Positions 9,001-17,200 of a stretch of 64,000 nucleotides of DNA are shown here, piece after piece. The position numbers were made by a program, and so were the translations under genes. A model generated the notes under the pieces. It was not told the origin of the DNA. It worked only from the letters and a program-made list of their open reading frames with translations, and made no database searches. Position 1 is the first letter of the stretch. Every line of letters starts with the position of its first letter. The stretch is from Alkalispirochaeta sp. (GTDB lineage Bacteria > Spirochaetota > Spirochaetia > DSM-27196 > Alkalispirochaetaceae). The stretch is from the NCBI GenBank assembly GCA_965601925.1, contig OZ271854.1, positions 3,456,001-3,520,000 of the forward strand. Reading direction: 5' to 3'.

Positions 9001-10055
9001 GCTACCAAAAGGGGCGCGTCCGCGGCCACCGAGCGATCCACATAGGCGTTGGCGATAAAGGCGTCGCACGACGGCGCCCTACCGCCCGACACGAGTACGC
9101 CGACCTCATCTCCCGACTCGTCCAATACCGGATATCCCTCGCGCGGTACGCCCGGTTCGATCATCACCAGGCGACGGAGGGTGCGCGCAGGTTTCTCGGC
9201 TTTGCGTGCCCGGATGGCGTCGCGACCGGTGAACTCGTGCTCGAGATCGCACGCCCACAAAAGACGAGCTTCCACCGGCGTGATCTCTTCGGTAAGCTCG
9301 TGGCCGTACAGGGCAAAGCCCGCCTCCAGGCGCAGGCTGTCGCGCGCCGCGAGGCCGACCGGTTGGGCGTGAATTTCGCGTATCGTCGCGACCTCGAGAA
9401 GGTACTCCCACATCGCCGGGGCCCTCTCGGCATCGAGAAAGAGCTCGAAGCCGTCCTCGCCGGTGTATCCGGTGCGCGCCGCCTCAACGACGACGGCGTC
9501 CCCGGTTACGGGCCCCTCGACACGGACCTCGGCGATGCCGAAACGCGGAAGATCGGCGACGGCGCTACCCACCGCGTACCCGATAAGCTCTTCGGCCCTG
9601 GGGCCTTGTACGGCGAGCATTGCCGTAGTAGCGCTCTCGTCTTTGAAAACAACGCCGTCGGCCGGTATACGGTCCGTAAGCCACTGCACATCGTCGACTC
9701 GCCGCGCCGCGTTCGCTACGACCAAGAACGTCGTTGCGCCGGTGCGATAGACAAACAAATCGTCGATGATACCGCCGTCATCGCGGCACAACAGCGCATA
9801 CGTGGAGCTTCCCTCGTCAAGGGCGGCGATATCGGCCGAGAGCACACTTGCAAGCCATGACGCGGCCTCCGGGCCCGACACACGCAGCTGAGCCATGTGA
9901 GATATATCGAAGAGTCCGACCGAGTTCCGCGTAGCGTGGTGTTCCGCGATCGTTCCTGCGGGGTAGTGTACCGGCATCTCCCAGCCGGCAAAGTCGGTGA
10001 AGCGTGCACCGGCGGCCTTGTGCCAACGGTGAAGACTGGTCGTGGTTGCGTGCAT
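6030..10055 (-). CDS. gcvT-gcvP: Fused glycine cleavage T-protein (aminomethyltransferase) and P-protein (glycine decarboxylase)
   Basis: N-terminal ~370 aa: FAGWEMPV, LFDISHM, RTGYTGEDGFE, RDSLRLEAG. Remainder: RHIGP, YTPYQAEISQGRLE, TSNICTAQ, PLGSCTMK, HLNLHKTF (PLP Lys), GDRNLVCSC. One open frame. Confidence 0.95.
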   Translation of the reverse strand: MHATTTSLHRWHKAAGARFTDFAGWEMPVHYPAGTIAEHHATRNSVGLFDISHMAQLRVSGPEAASWLASVLSADIAALDEGSSTYALLCRDDGGIIDDLFVYRTGATTFLVVANAARRVDDVQWLTDRIPADGVVFKDESATTAMLAVQGPRAEELIGYAVGSAVADLPRFGIAEVRVEGPVTGDAVVVEAARTGYTGEDGFELFLDAERAPAMWEYLLEVATIREIHAQPVGLAARDSLRLEAGFALYGHELTEEITPVEARLLWACDLEHEFTGRDAIRARKAEKPARTLRRLVMIEPGVPREGYPVLDESGDEVGVLVSGGRAPSCDAFIANAYVDRSVAADAPLLVAVRSRNIRCRQNRGPVYKPSYNRVASAQRLLDRSDEYTSRHIGPREEEVRAMLEVVGAESVDRLIDSIVPSSIRRTDALNLPRGLAEDELLARLRSMASHNTQMRSLIGLGYADTITPSVIQRTILENPGWYTQYTPYQAEISQGRLEALLNFQTMVSELTGMEISNASMLDEATAAGEAMTMALRAYRGKAETVRVLVDDRLHPQTIAHLMMRSAPLGIELVCAPVEEWTLRSGDVAGIVQYPDTDGVVRDYREVVEALHGEGALAIVATDLLALTLLADPGSWGADIVVGNSQRFGVPLAYGGPHAAFLATREALKRLMPGRLVGISKDRTGRPAMRLALQTREQHIRRDKATSNICTAQALLAIMASMYAVYHGPDGLRRIATRIAVLAATLRSVLREHSIPTVDGDMFDTVTLSVDSPTQRRYIAAAERAGFNLRPHGDGKIGITLDERSTVDELSVLLAALDVETDRRTLVARSAAVRFRPALPLERRTGYLEDRVFHAYRSETALLRYITALQSRDLSLAQAMIPLGSCTMKLNPASAMIPITWPEFASIHPYAPTHQTGGYRMLASELSSWLCEITELDGCTLQPNSGAQGEYTGLMVIRSWHHSRGERERTVCLVPDSAHGTNPASATMAGMRVVVVASAENGDIDLADLAAKAEKHKDELAALMVTYPSTHGVFEAGIREAIRIVHDRGGQVYMDGANMNAQVGLTSPGRIGADVCHLNLHKTFSIPHGGGGPGVGPVLTAAHLTPFLPGTTDQPGPTGVIASAPLGSAGVLPISYAYIAMMGERGLTRASQTAILNANYIASRLAPHIPIAYTGAGGLVAHECILDFRRIEKETGVTVEDVAKRLADYGFHAPTMSWPVHGSLMVEPTESEDKGELDRFCDAMIGIVGEIDEIRSGAVPLEESPLRYAPHTLEDITGEWSRPYTRERGAYPTQWTRRNKFWPAVGRVDNVHGDRNLVCSCAPLESYRESLTDVAVEVRSR

Positions 10056-10075
10056 AGCGGCTCCTTACGGCCATG

Positions 10076-10290
10076 TGCTCTGTCCGAAAACCTGAGAGAT
10101 TAGCCGGCCGTTCGACCGACGTTCCCCTTCGGTGCGGGGCGAAATGCCGCCGACTCTCCAGAGACTGCACGCGCACCCCCGATCCTTTTGCCTGAGAGTT
10201 TCGGATTCGGCCCGGCCGGGGTCGATCCTTGCACCTTCGGCGTCGCTCGCCGCGTATACACAGCGGCAAGCGGTCTCTCTCGGGAGAGGC
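10076..10290 (-). ncRNA. Tandem glycine riboswitch
   Basis: Minus strand has two aptamers: GAGAGA...CGCCGAAGGTGCAA...AACTCTCAGGCAAAAGGA and CTCTGGAGAG...CACCGAAGGGG...ATCTCTCAGG...GACAGAG, directly upstream of gcvT-gcvP. Confidence 0.92.
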
Positions 10291-10328
10291 TCTATACGGG
10301 ATAACGTATGGCCGTCGGAAGGCTTATG

Positions 10329-10982
10329 TCAATCGTCTCGGTCGGAACGCCCGGCTACCGGGCTTTGCTCGATTGCATCCAGGACGCGTCGCACGACCGG
10401 CTCAAGCTCTTCGTCGCGGTCGACGTGAAACTCTTCGGTGTTGACGAAGATCTTCGGGGAGAGATCATACGCGTCGTACCACCGCAGATACCGCTCGTTG
10501 AGACCCTCGAGATATGAGCGCGGAATACCCGACTCGAGCCCGCGATTGCGCCTCTTGATACGCTCCAGCGCCGTATCGACGGTGCAGTCCAGGTAGATCA
10601 AGAGATGGGGCGGGTGGGCGTGCTCGAGCATGTTGTCCAAGAGCGTCGAGTAGGTTTTGAACTCTTCCGTGCTCATATCACCGTCGTCGCGCAGCATCTC
10701 CGCAAAGATTCTATCGCCGAAGATCGAGCGGTCGAGAATACCGCCTCCGCTTCGAAATATATCCTTGATCATCCGGAATCGTTCGTTGAGAAAGTGGATT
10801 TGAAGTGTAAAGGCCCAGCGGCGCTTGTCGGCGTAGAAGCGGTCGAGAAGCGCAAGGGAGTCGGGGTTCGCCAACTCCCGGTAGAGCGGAATTCCCGACC
10901 GTCCCTGGATTATCTCGCCGATCGTCGTTTTGCCGACGCCGATCTGTCCCTCGATCAATATCACCGGATAGTCCTCCGTCAT
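10329..10982 (-). CDS. Deoxynucleoside kinase (dNK family)
   Basis: IEGQIGVGKTT P-loop, LQIHFLNERF, DRSIFGD, RIKRRNRGLE lid. Confidence 0.9.
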   Translation of the reverse strand: MTEDYPVILIEGQIGVGKTTIGEIIQGRSGIPLYRELANPDSLALLDRFYADKRRWAFTLQIHFLNERFRMIKDIFRSGGGILDRSIFGDRIFAEMLRDDGDMSTEEFKTYSTLLDNMLEHAHPPHLLIYLDCTVDTALERIKRRNRGLESGIPRSYLEGLNERYLRWYDAYDLSPKIFVNTEEFHVDRDEELEPVVRRVLDAIEQSPVAGRSDRDD

Positions 10983-10986
10983 GGCC

Positions 10987-12267
10987 TCACATCTGCGCGC
11001 CGATGGTGAAGCTGAAGACCGTTACACCCTCTTCGAGGTTGTATCCTACATTGAGTCCCAAGGCGGGAATCGCCACCTGTCGGATAAACACGCGAAAGCC
11101 GCCGCCGAGCCCGTAGAAGCTCTGCGTGTCGATGTAGTCCGTGTCGTACATACCCAACTCCCAGAAGTGAGACAACACCAACGCTCCCCAGTCCTGGCTC
11201 AGAACCGGAAAATCGTAGAATGCCGAGACGCTCCCCCAACGGTCGGCCGCAACGGTTTGAAAGGGGAGGGTGCGATACCCGTCGGCATCGCTGATGATCT
11301 CCTCGGCGAGGAACGCCGTGTCACCGTACCCTCCCGAGGCGAGGAGTCGGACGCGATGGGTCCGCGCGACGGGAAAGGCCCAGTCGAGCGTGCCGGCCAT
11401 CTCCCAACTCGAATCGAGTGTAACGAGGCGTCCGTCGATCTCCGCTCGGGGGCCGACGCGCAGCACATCGATCGGTCGCGTCGCATCCCATTCGATCTCC
11501 ACCGCAGGTTGAAAGAAGTCTCCGTCCTCCAACGACTCGAGGTTGACGGCGGGTGTGTCGCGATCGATATCCCATGCGGCGTAGTCGAGCCTGGCGCTGG
11601 CCGCGATGTCGTCGGTGAAGTTATAGCCGACCGAAAAGCCGAAGCCACGGGAGTTGATCTCGTACTCCCGCAACGTCATCTCGTCCGGGAGCAGCCGCTC
11701 CTCTTCGCCCGTGCCGGCGTTGGCGCTTACGCTCGTGGTCCATTTACTCTGAAACACCGCCGGGTCGACGTAGCCGAAAAAGCCGCTGGCTCCGTTCGTC
11801 CCGATGAAGCCGGCCGAAATCAGCTGCTTATTGCGTCCGAAGAGATTGCTCTCGATCAAAATGAGACCGCCGCTGGTCGTGCCGCCGCCGGCCGAAAAGA
11901 AGGGAATTGGAACGAGCGTCCAGCGTTCGTCGAGCACCACGACGATGTCCAACGTTTCGTCGTCCGCCGTCTCGCTCGTCGTGACGTCTACCGACGCAAA
12001 GAGATCGCTATCGATCAGGGCGACTCTGATCTCCTCTAAAAGCTCGGGTGAAACGGGATCCCCGGGCTCGGCGGGAATCAGATCGTACACGATTTCCTCA
12101 CGAGTACGACGGAGGCCCTCGAGACGAATCTGGCCGACTCGTACCGTCTCGTGCTCCGAGGCGGAAAGCCGGGACCGTGTCGGTATCGAGACGAGAATCA
12201 AAGACACCGCGACGAGCGATAACACCGGGGCCGCTGCACGAACTCGGAATGAACTGCTATGCGTCAT
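10987..12267 (-). CDS. Omp85/BamA-TamA family outer membrane protein with one POTRA domain
   Basis: Signal peptide, POTRA (IRLEGLRRTREEIV...LFASV), ERWTLVPIP, ESNLFGRNK, alternating beta-strands to the C-terminus. Confidence 0.75.
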   Translation of the reverse strand: MTHSSSFRVRAAAPVLSLVAVSLILVSIPTRSRLSASEHETVRVGQIRLEGLRRTREEIVYDLIPAEPGDPVSPELLEEIRVALIDSDLFASVDVTTSETADDETLDIVVVLDERWTLVPIPFFSAGGGTTSGGLILIESNLFGRNKQLISAGFIGTNGASGFFGYVDPAVFQSKWTTSVSANAGTGEEERLLPDEMTLREYEINSRGFGFSVGYNFTDDIAASARLDYAAWDIDRDTPAVNLESLEDGDFFQPAVEIEWDATRPIDVLRVGPRAEIDGRLVTLDSSWEMAGTLDWAFPVARTHRVRLLASGGYGDTAFLAEEIISDADGYRTLPFQTVAADRWGSVSAFYDFPVLSQDWGALVLSHFWELGMYDTDYIDTQSFYGLGGGFRVFIRQVAIPALGLNVGYNLEEGVTVFSFTIGAQM

Positions 12268-12308
12268 GACATGCCGGAATATACTATACGCCGAAGAGCG
12301 TGGAAAGA

Positions 12309-12343
12309 CGCACGACGCAACGGTGCGTTGCGGCCGGCGCGGT
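12309..12343 (+). repeat. 35-bp direct repeat, left copy
   Basis: CGCACGACGCAACGGTGCGTTGCGGCCGGCGCGGT; 33/35 identical to 14156-14190. Confidence 0.85.
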
Positions 12344-12613
12344 ACGCAGCCGTCGGCGAATACACCGGTCTGCGCCGACTCTCACAAAGGAAATCAATGA
12401 AGCGGTGTCGTAGTCGTGTCGAAAGCCGCATTGTGCAACACGAGTAACGCCTTTCATATTTACGAAACATAATAGAGAAAAAATTATATTGATACTGTAA
12501 TGGGATTATGATATTCTTTACGCAATTCTTAGTATATAATGACTTAATTTTAAATATAGTATTTTATTTTGAATTAAGTTAAAATTAATCTCATATCTGC
12601 AAGGGGTAAAGAT

Positions 12614-13930
12614 ATGCATCGACGAATTTCTCAGCTCGCGAGGCTCGGAGTGATATGCCTTACGATCGTTAGCGTGTGGGCCTGCGATAGTCTCTTGGGA
12701 TCGGACGACTCGAATGGAACGGGTGGTGGCGGCGAACTTGCATTTCTTGACATAGCAGGTGCTGAGGCGTTGTTTATCGCCCCGGGTTCGGGGTCGCAAA
12801 GCTCCCTCTCTGCGTCAGTTACCGATGTCAGCACAAACACCCTCTTCCAAATCACCGCAAACGGCTTCGTGCAAGAAGTCACGTTTCTTGACTTGGAAAA
12901 CAATGAGGTTACTCTAACGAATCTGCCCACCGAGATTTACGACGTTAACTCGGCGTACGTCATTGTACTATTCGGTGAAGACGGTTATTTAGTGAGGAAG
13001 AGCGACGGTGCGGCGTTTTCATTGGACGACGTCGGTATCCCGGCCGCCGTATCCGCCCAGCTCAACAACTTCATCAACGCTCCCATCATACAGACCGACG
13101 GTGCCGGCAATCTTTACTACCAAAACCTCTCAGACTTGGGAAGTGCAACCGGCGATGTCGTGAGAATCGATGTGAGCGATCCTTCACGCCTCACCGGAGA
13201 AGCGTATGTGACGGAAGCAAACGCGAGCGTGGATAATTTTTTTGTCTCATCAGATGAACATGTCATTTATCATTACGGCAATGCTGCAAATAGCGTTCGA
13301 GGCAATCGAATTCGTAAGGCGAACGGTGGATTACAAAATCTGTCGTCTGATATCGCCTTGTTTTTCTGGATCGGGAATGACGGTAACATAAAGTATCACT
13401 GGTATGATTCCGATACTTCCACGAGTAGGCTTTTTACCGTTACCATTGCCGCGGACGGCACGTTCTCGCAGACCGAAGTTGTCGGCGTCAATCTTCTTAC
13501 CAGTTTCCAGTCATATTTGTTCAGATTCAATGCGAGTACCGTCGCAGTCGACATCTTCAATAACGCAGTCTATGAGTTGGAGAACGCGACCGACACACCG
13601 CGAGAGATCACGACGATAACCGGTGTCGACGATTTTGACTATGCAGTGGCCTCCACCGATTACTACTATATCGCCGGGGATAACAGCACGAACCAGCCCG
13701 TATTCATTCGTGTCGATCCGAGGGATGATACCTCGTCCAGTATTCTCACCGCCGGCGAGTATGATGTGTATCGCGCGGTAGTGGCGAACGACGGCACGAT
13801 TACCTTCAACGCACAACGTATGAATGACGGCGCGATCGTTCTCGGCGAAATCTCGCCCACGGATAACCGCGTGACGATCCTGAACGAAGATCTCAATGAC
13901 GAGGTCATCGAACTCATTCGGGTTAACTAA
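12614..13930 (+). CDS. Putative lipoprotein, beta-rich (possible beta-propeller), unknown function
   Basis: Signal peptide ending VWA-C, Gly/Ser linker, acidic Asn/Thr-rich beta sequence; lower GC than neighbours. Confidence 0.65.
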   Translation: MHRRISQLARLGVICLTIVSVWACDSLLGSDDSNGTGGGGELAFLDIAGAEALFIAPGSGSQSSLSASVTDVSTNTLFQITANGFVQEVTFLDLENNEVTLTNLPTEIYDVNSAYVIVLFGEDGYLVRKSDGAAFSLDDVGIPAAVSAQLNNFINAPIIQTDGAGNLYYQNLSDLGSATGDVVRIDVSDPSRLTGEAYVTEANASVDNFFVSSDEHVIYHYGNAANSVRGNRIRKANGGLQNLSSDIALFFWIGNDGNIKYHWYDSDTSTSRLFTVTIAADGTFSQTEVVGVNLLTSFQSYLFRFNASTVAVDIFNNAVYELENATDTPREITTITGVDDFDYAVASTDYYYIAGDNSTNQPVFIRVDPRDDTSSSILTAGEYDVYRAVVANDGTITFNAQRMNDGAIVLGEISPTDNRVTILNEDLNDEVIELIRVN

Positions 13931-14155
13931 ACACAACCGGCTTCCATTTCGAGCTCGAGCGGGGACCCTCAAAAAGAGAGCTCCGCTCGGCCGATGACTA
14001 CGATAAGGGCTGTGCAACACAACCGTCGTGACGGCGGTCCTGCGTCCCTCCCACACCACCGATAGGCATATCGAGTACTGCATTATCCGCATCCTTCAAT
14101 CATACGTGAGGATATTGAGTACGCTTCTTTCGCCGAGTCGTTGCCGACGCCTCGG

Positions 14156-14190
14156 CGCACGACGCAACGGTACGTTGCGGCCGGCCCGGT
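14156..14190 (+). repeat. 35-bp direct repeat, right copy
   Basis: CGCACGACGCAACGGTACGTTGCGGCCGGCCCGGT; 33/35 identical to 12309-12343. Confidence 0.85.
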
Positions 14191-14269
14191 GCGGCGCGCA
14201 GCGCATCGTCGCGCCTCCGATACACGCAAACGCCGACCGTAAACGGTATCGGGGCCGCGGCCATCCCCG

Positions 14270-17200
14270 TCACCGGATCAAGATAAACTCCACGCGGCGG
14301 TTCTTCCAGCGATTCTCACGGTCGGTGTGGGGAACGATCGGCGCCGTGCCGCCGCGTCCCTCGACGCTGATGCGCTCGATATCCATGCCGCGCTCCACAA
14401 GGGCGTCGCGTACGGTATCCGCGCGCGCGGTGGAGAGGGGTTCCAGCTCTTCGCGCTCCTCCTCGGCGGTGCCCGAGAGATTGACCGCATGACCCTCTAC
14501 GCGAATCTCGTAGGTGCGGTACTTGTCGAACACCTCTACGAGTCGGTCGAGCACCGAGATGTTTTTGGCGCCCTGCTCCGTCGCCGGATCGAGCTGAAGC
14601 TCGGGACTGTTGGGCTCGAAGTTGATGTTGGAGATCTGGATACGCAACAGATCACCGTCACGCACGACCAAAATGTCGATCGGAATCGTGCCGGTGACTT
14701 CGCTGCGATTTCCGGTGGTATCCACAGCGCTGAACCGATACGGATAGTCCTCGGCGCTGATGACCAGCTCACCGTCATTGCTGCGGCCGTCCCACACCAA
14801 CTCGGAACGGGGACGGGCCGAACCGTCGAACTGTTGAAAGGGAGCGTTCGTGCGGTCCAGAATCTCGAAACTCCATTCGGCGATGTCGCTCGCGTCCGCG
14901 GTCGTCAGTCCGATGCCTAACTCGTCGTTCAGCCCGTCATTGTCCGGCGAAAAGGGAAGCCCGGCGAGATTCACCGCGAGTTCGGGACCCGCGGTGTCTA
15001 CGACGAGTTCCGGCGATGAGACCCGGGGGAGCGCTCCGTTACGAAATCCCACACTGAAGCGCACCGCATATCGTCCGTCGGCGATCGGTACGCCGTCGAT
15101 GAGGCCGTCCCACACGAGCGTCTCCCGCAGTTCCACGGCCTCGGAGCGAAACGTCTCCACGACCGTTCCCGACTCGTCCACTATCTCTACCAAGCGATAC
15201 TCGGCACCGTCTTGGCGGCTCGCGATCATACCGATCTCGAGCCGGTCGTCGACGCCGTCGCCGTTGGGCGAGATGGTGCGTCGGTCCAGGGTGACGAAGA
15301 TGCGCGCCGTTCTCGTATCGACCTCTATCGCGGCGAGTTCGCCTCGGGCCGTATTTCCCGCCGCGTCGGTCCCCTCCACGGTGTATCGGTATCGGCCGTC
15401 GGCGACGACGTTACCCGCTATGTCGGTGCCATCCCACTCGAACGCCGCGGTGCGGTCGGTCCAGCCGTACTCGCGTATCACCTCACCCGACTCCGCAGTG
15501 ATACGTCCCCTCCAGCCCTCCGCCGCGTCGCTTGACTGACGGACGGATACCGTGTCGCGCCGCCCGTCGCCGTCCGGCGAGAAGATCTCGTGGGAGGCCG
15601 CGAGCTCGAGCGCCGGCGGCGTCGTATCGAGGAGGAAGGCGGTCGTCGATGCCGCGGGACGGTTTCCGTGGCGATACTCGACTTCCAGGGTCGCACGGTA
15701 GCGCCCCTCCTCGGCACGTCCTCCTCCCTGAGTCCTTCCGTTCCAGCTGAAGCGCTCCGGTAATGCGACTCCGGTGGTTCGCATAACATCCTCGCCCGAG
15801 GAGGTCTCAACCACGAAGGTATAGCGTTCCAATCCGCGCGCTTCTCCCGCGACGATGCGGAAATCGAGGGTATCGAAGGCGCCGTCGCCGTTGGGGCTGA
15901 AGGCGCTCCGCGACGGATAGAGCTCCAACGGCGTCTCAGCCGTGTAAATCTCGAACGGCAACGGTCCGATCGACGAGCTGTTCCCCGCTCTGTCCGTCGC
16001 CTGCAGGATATACGCGTACATCCCGTCGGGGACGCGTCGCCGCTCATCGTCTAAGCCGGCAAACGCGAGCTCGGCTTCTGCACGTCCGACCCACTCCCAA
16101 CGGCCGATGGTTCCGTCCGTGTCGTCGAGAACCCGCGCGATCCAACGCTCCTCTTCGCTCGTCGTCTGCGATACGACGAGCTCATCCAAGGTGCCGTCGC
16201 CGTTGGGGGAAATAACGGGTGAGGAAAGCGCCACGTCGGCGGCGGGCGCCACCGTATCCAACACAACGCCCCGGGCACTCACTATCTCTACCTCGTCGCC
16301 GCGGGCAAATCGCACGCGTAGGCGACCGCGATAGAATCCGTCGGGTGCGCGACCCGTCCGCCCCTCTCCGCGCCAGGTCACCGTCTCCAGTTCCCCGATC
16401 CCGGAAGTCTCGAAGATCGTCTCGTCGCCCGTCGTATCCTCGACGGACAGTATCCACTCCGCGATGGGGGATTCGATGTTTACGCCCGGTATGAGTTCGA
16501 CCGCGTCGAGCACGCCGTCACCGTTGGGGCTGAAAGCCGCCTCCGAGATACGCAGTTGTACGTCGACCTCGCGCGTATCCGTACGAAACGGCGACGTCGT
16601 GGTAGAGAAGCGATTTCCCGCCCCGTCGACGCTCGTCACGCGGTAGCGGTAGCGCCCGTCCTCAACGACCGCGCCGTCCTCGTCCGTGCCGTCCCACTCG
16701 AGAGGAGCCAGTTCACCCGAGAAGCTCCACCGCCGCACCGGGGGGCCACCGTCGTCGGGGACGATCTCGGCGGTCCAGAGCGCCTCACGCGACGACTCTT
16801 GGCGTATGGTAACCGCGTCGCGCCGTCCGTCGCCGTCGGGGGAGAATATCGTATCGGCAAGCTCGACTCGTGCCCGCGGCGCCACGGTGTCGACGCGGAA
16901 GGGCGCGCTCGTTGCGCTGGGCCGGTTTCCGTGGCGATACTCGACCTCGATGCGCACGCGATACGTGCCGTCGGCGACGACCCGGCCCGTCGCGCCGCGA
17001 CCGTCCCACTCGTAGCGCTCCCCGGGCGTGCCGCTGTCGGTTATGCGCGCAACAGTACGGTCCGCGCCGTCGAGGATCGCCAGCTCGAAGCGTTCTACGC
17101 CGCGTGCGTCGGCAAGCTCGGTGATCAGATCGATCGAGTCGACCACGCCGTCGTCGTTGGGGCTGAAGGCTTCGCGCTCGCTGGATACGAACACGGGCGT

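Noticed and set aside
10981..12039. Long antisense ORFs (e.g. 10981-12039, 21824-23161, 43056-44399, 50886-52115, 58218-59525)
   Set aside because: Shadow frames of well-supported genes on the opposite strand, expected in high-GC DNA; no motifs
12460..12520. dif-like site in the AT-rich tract
   Set aside because: ATAA/TTATG half-sites are present but the spacing is not the required 6 bp and the XerD arm is poor
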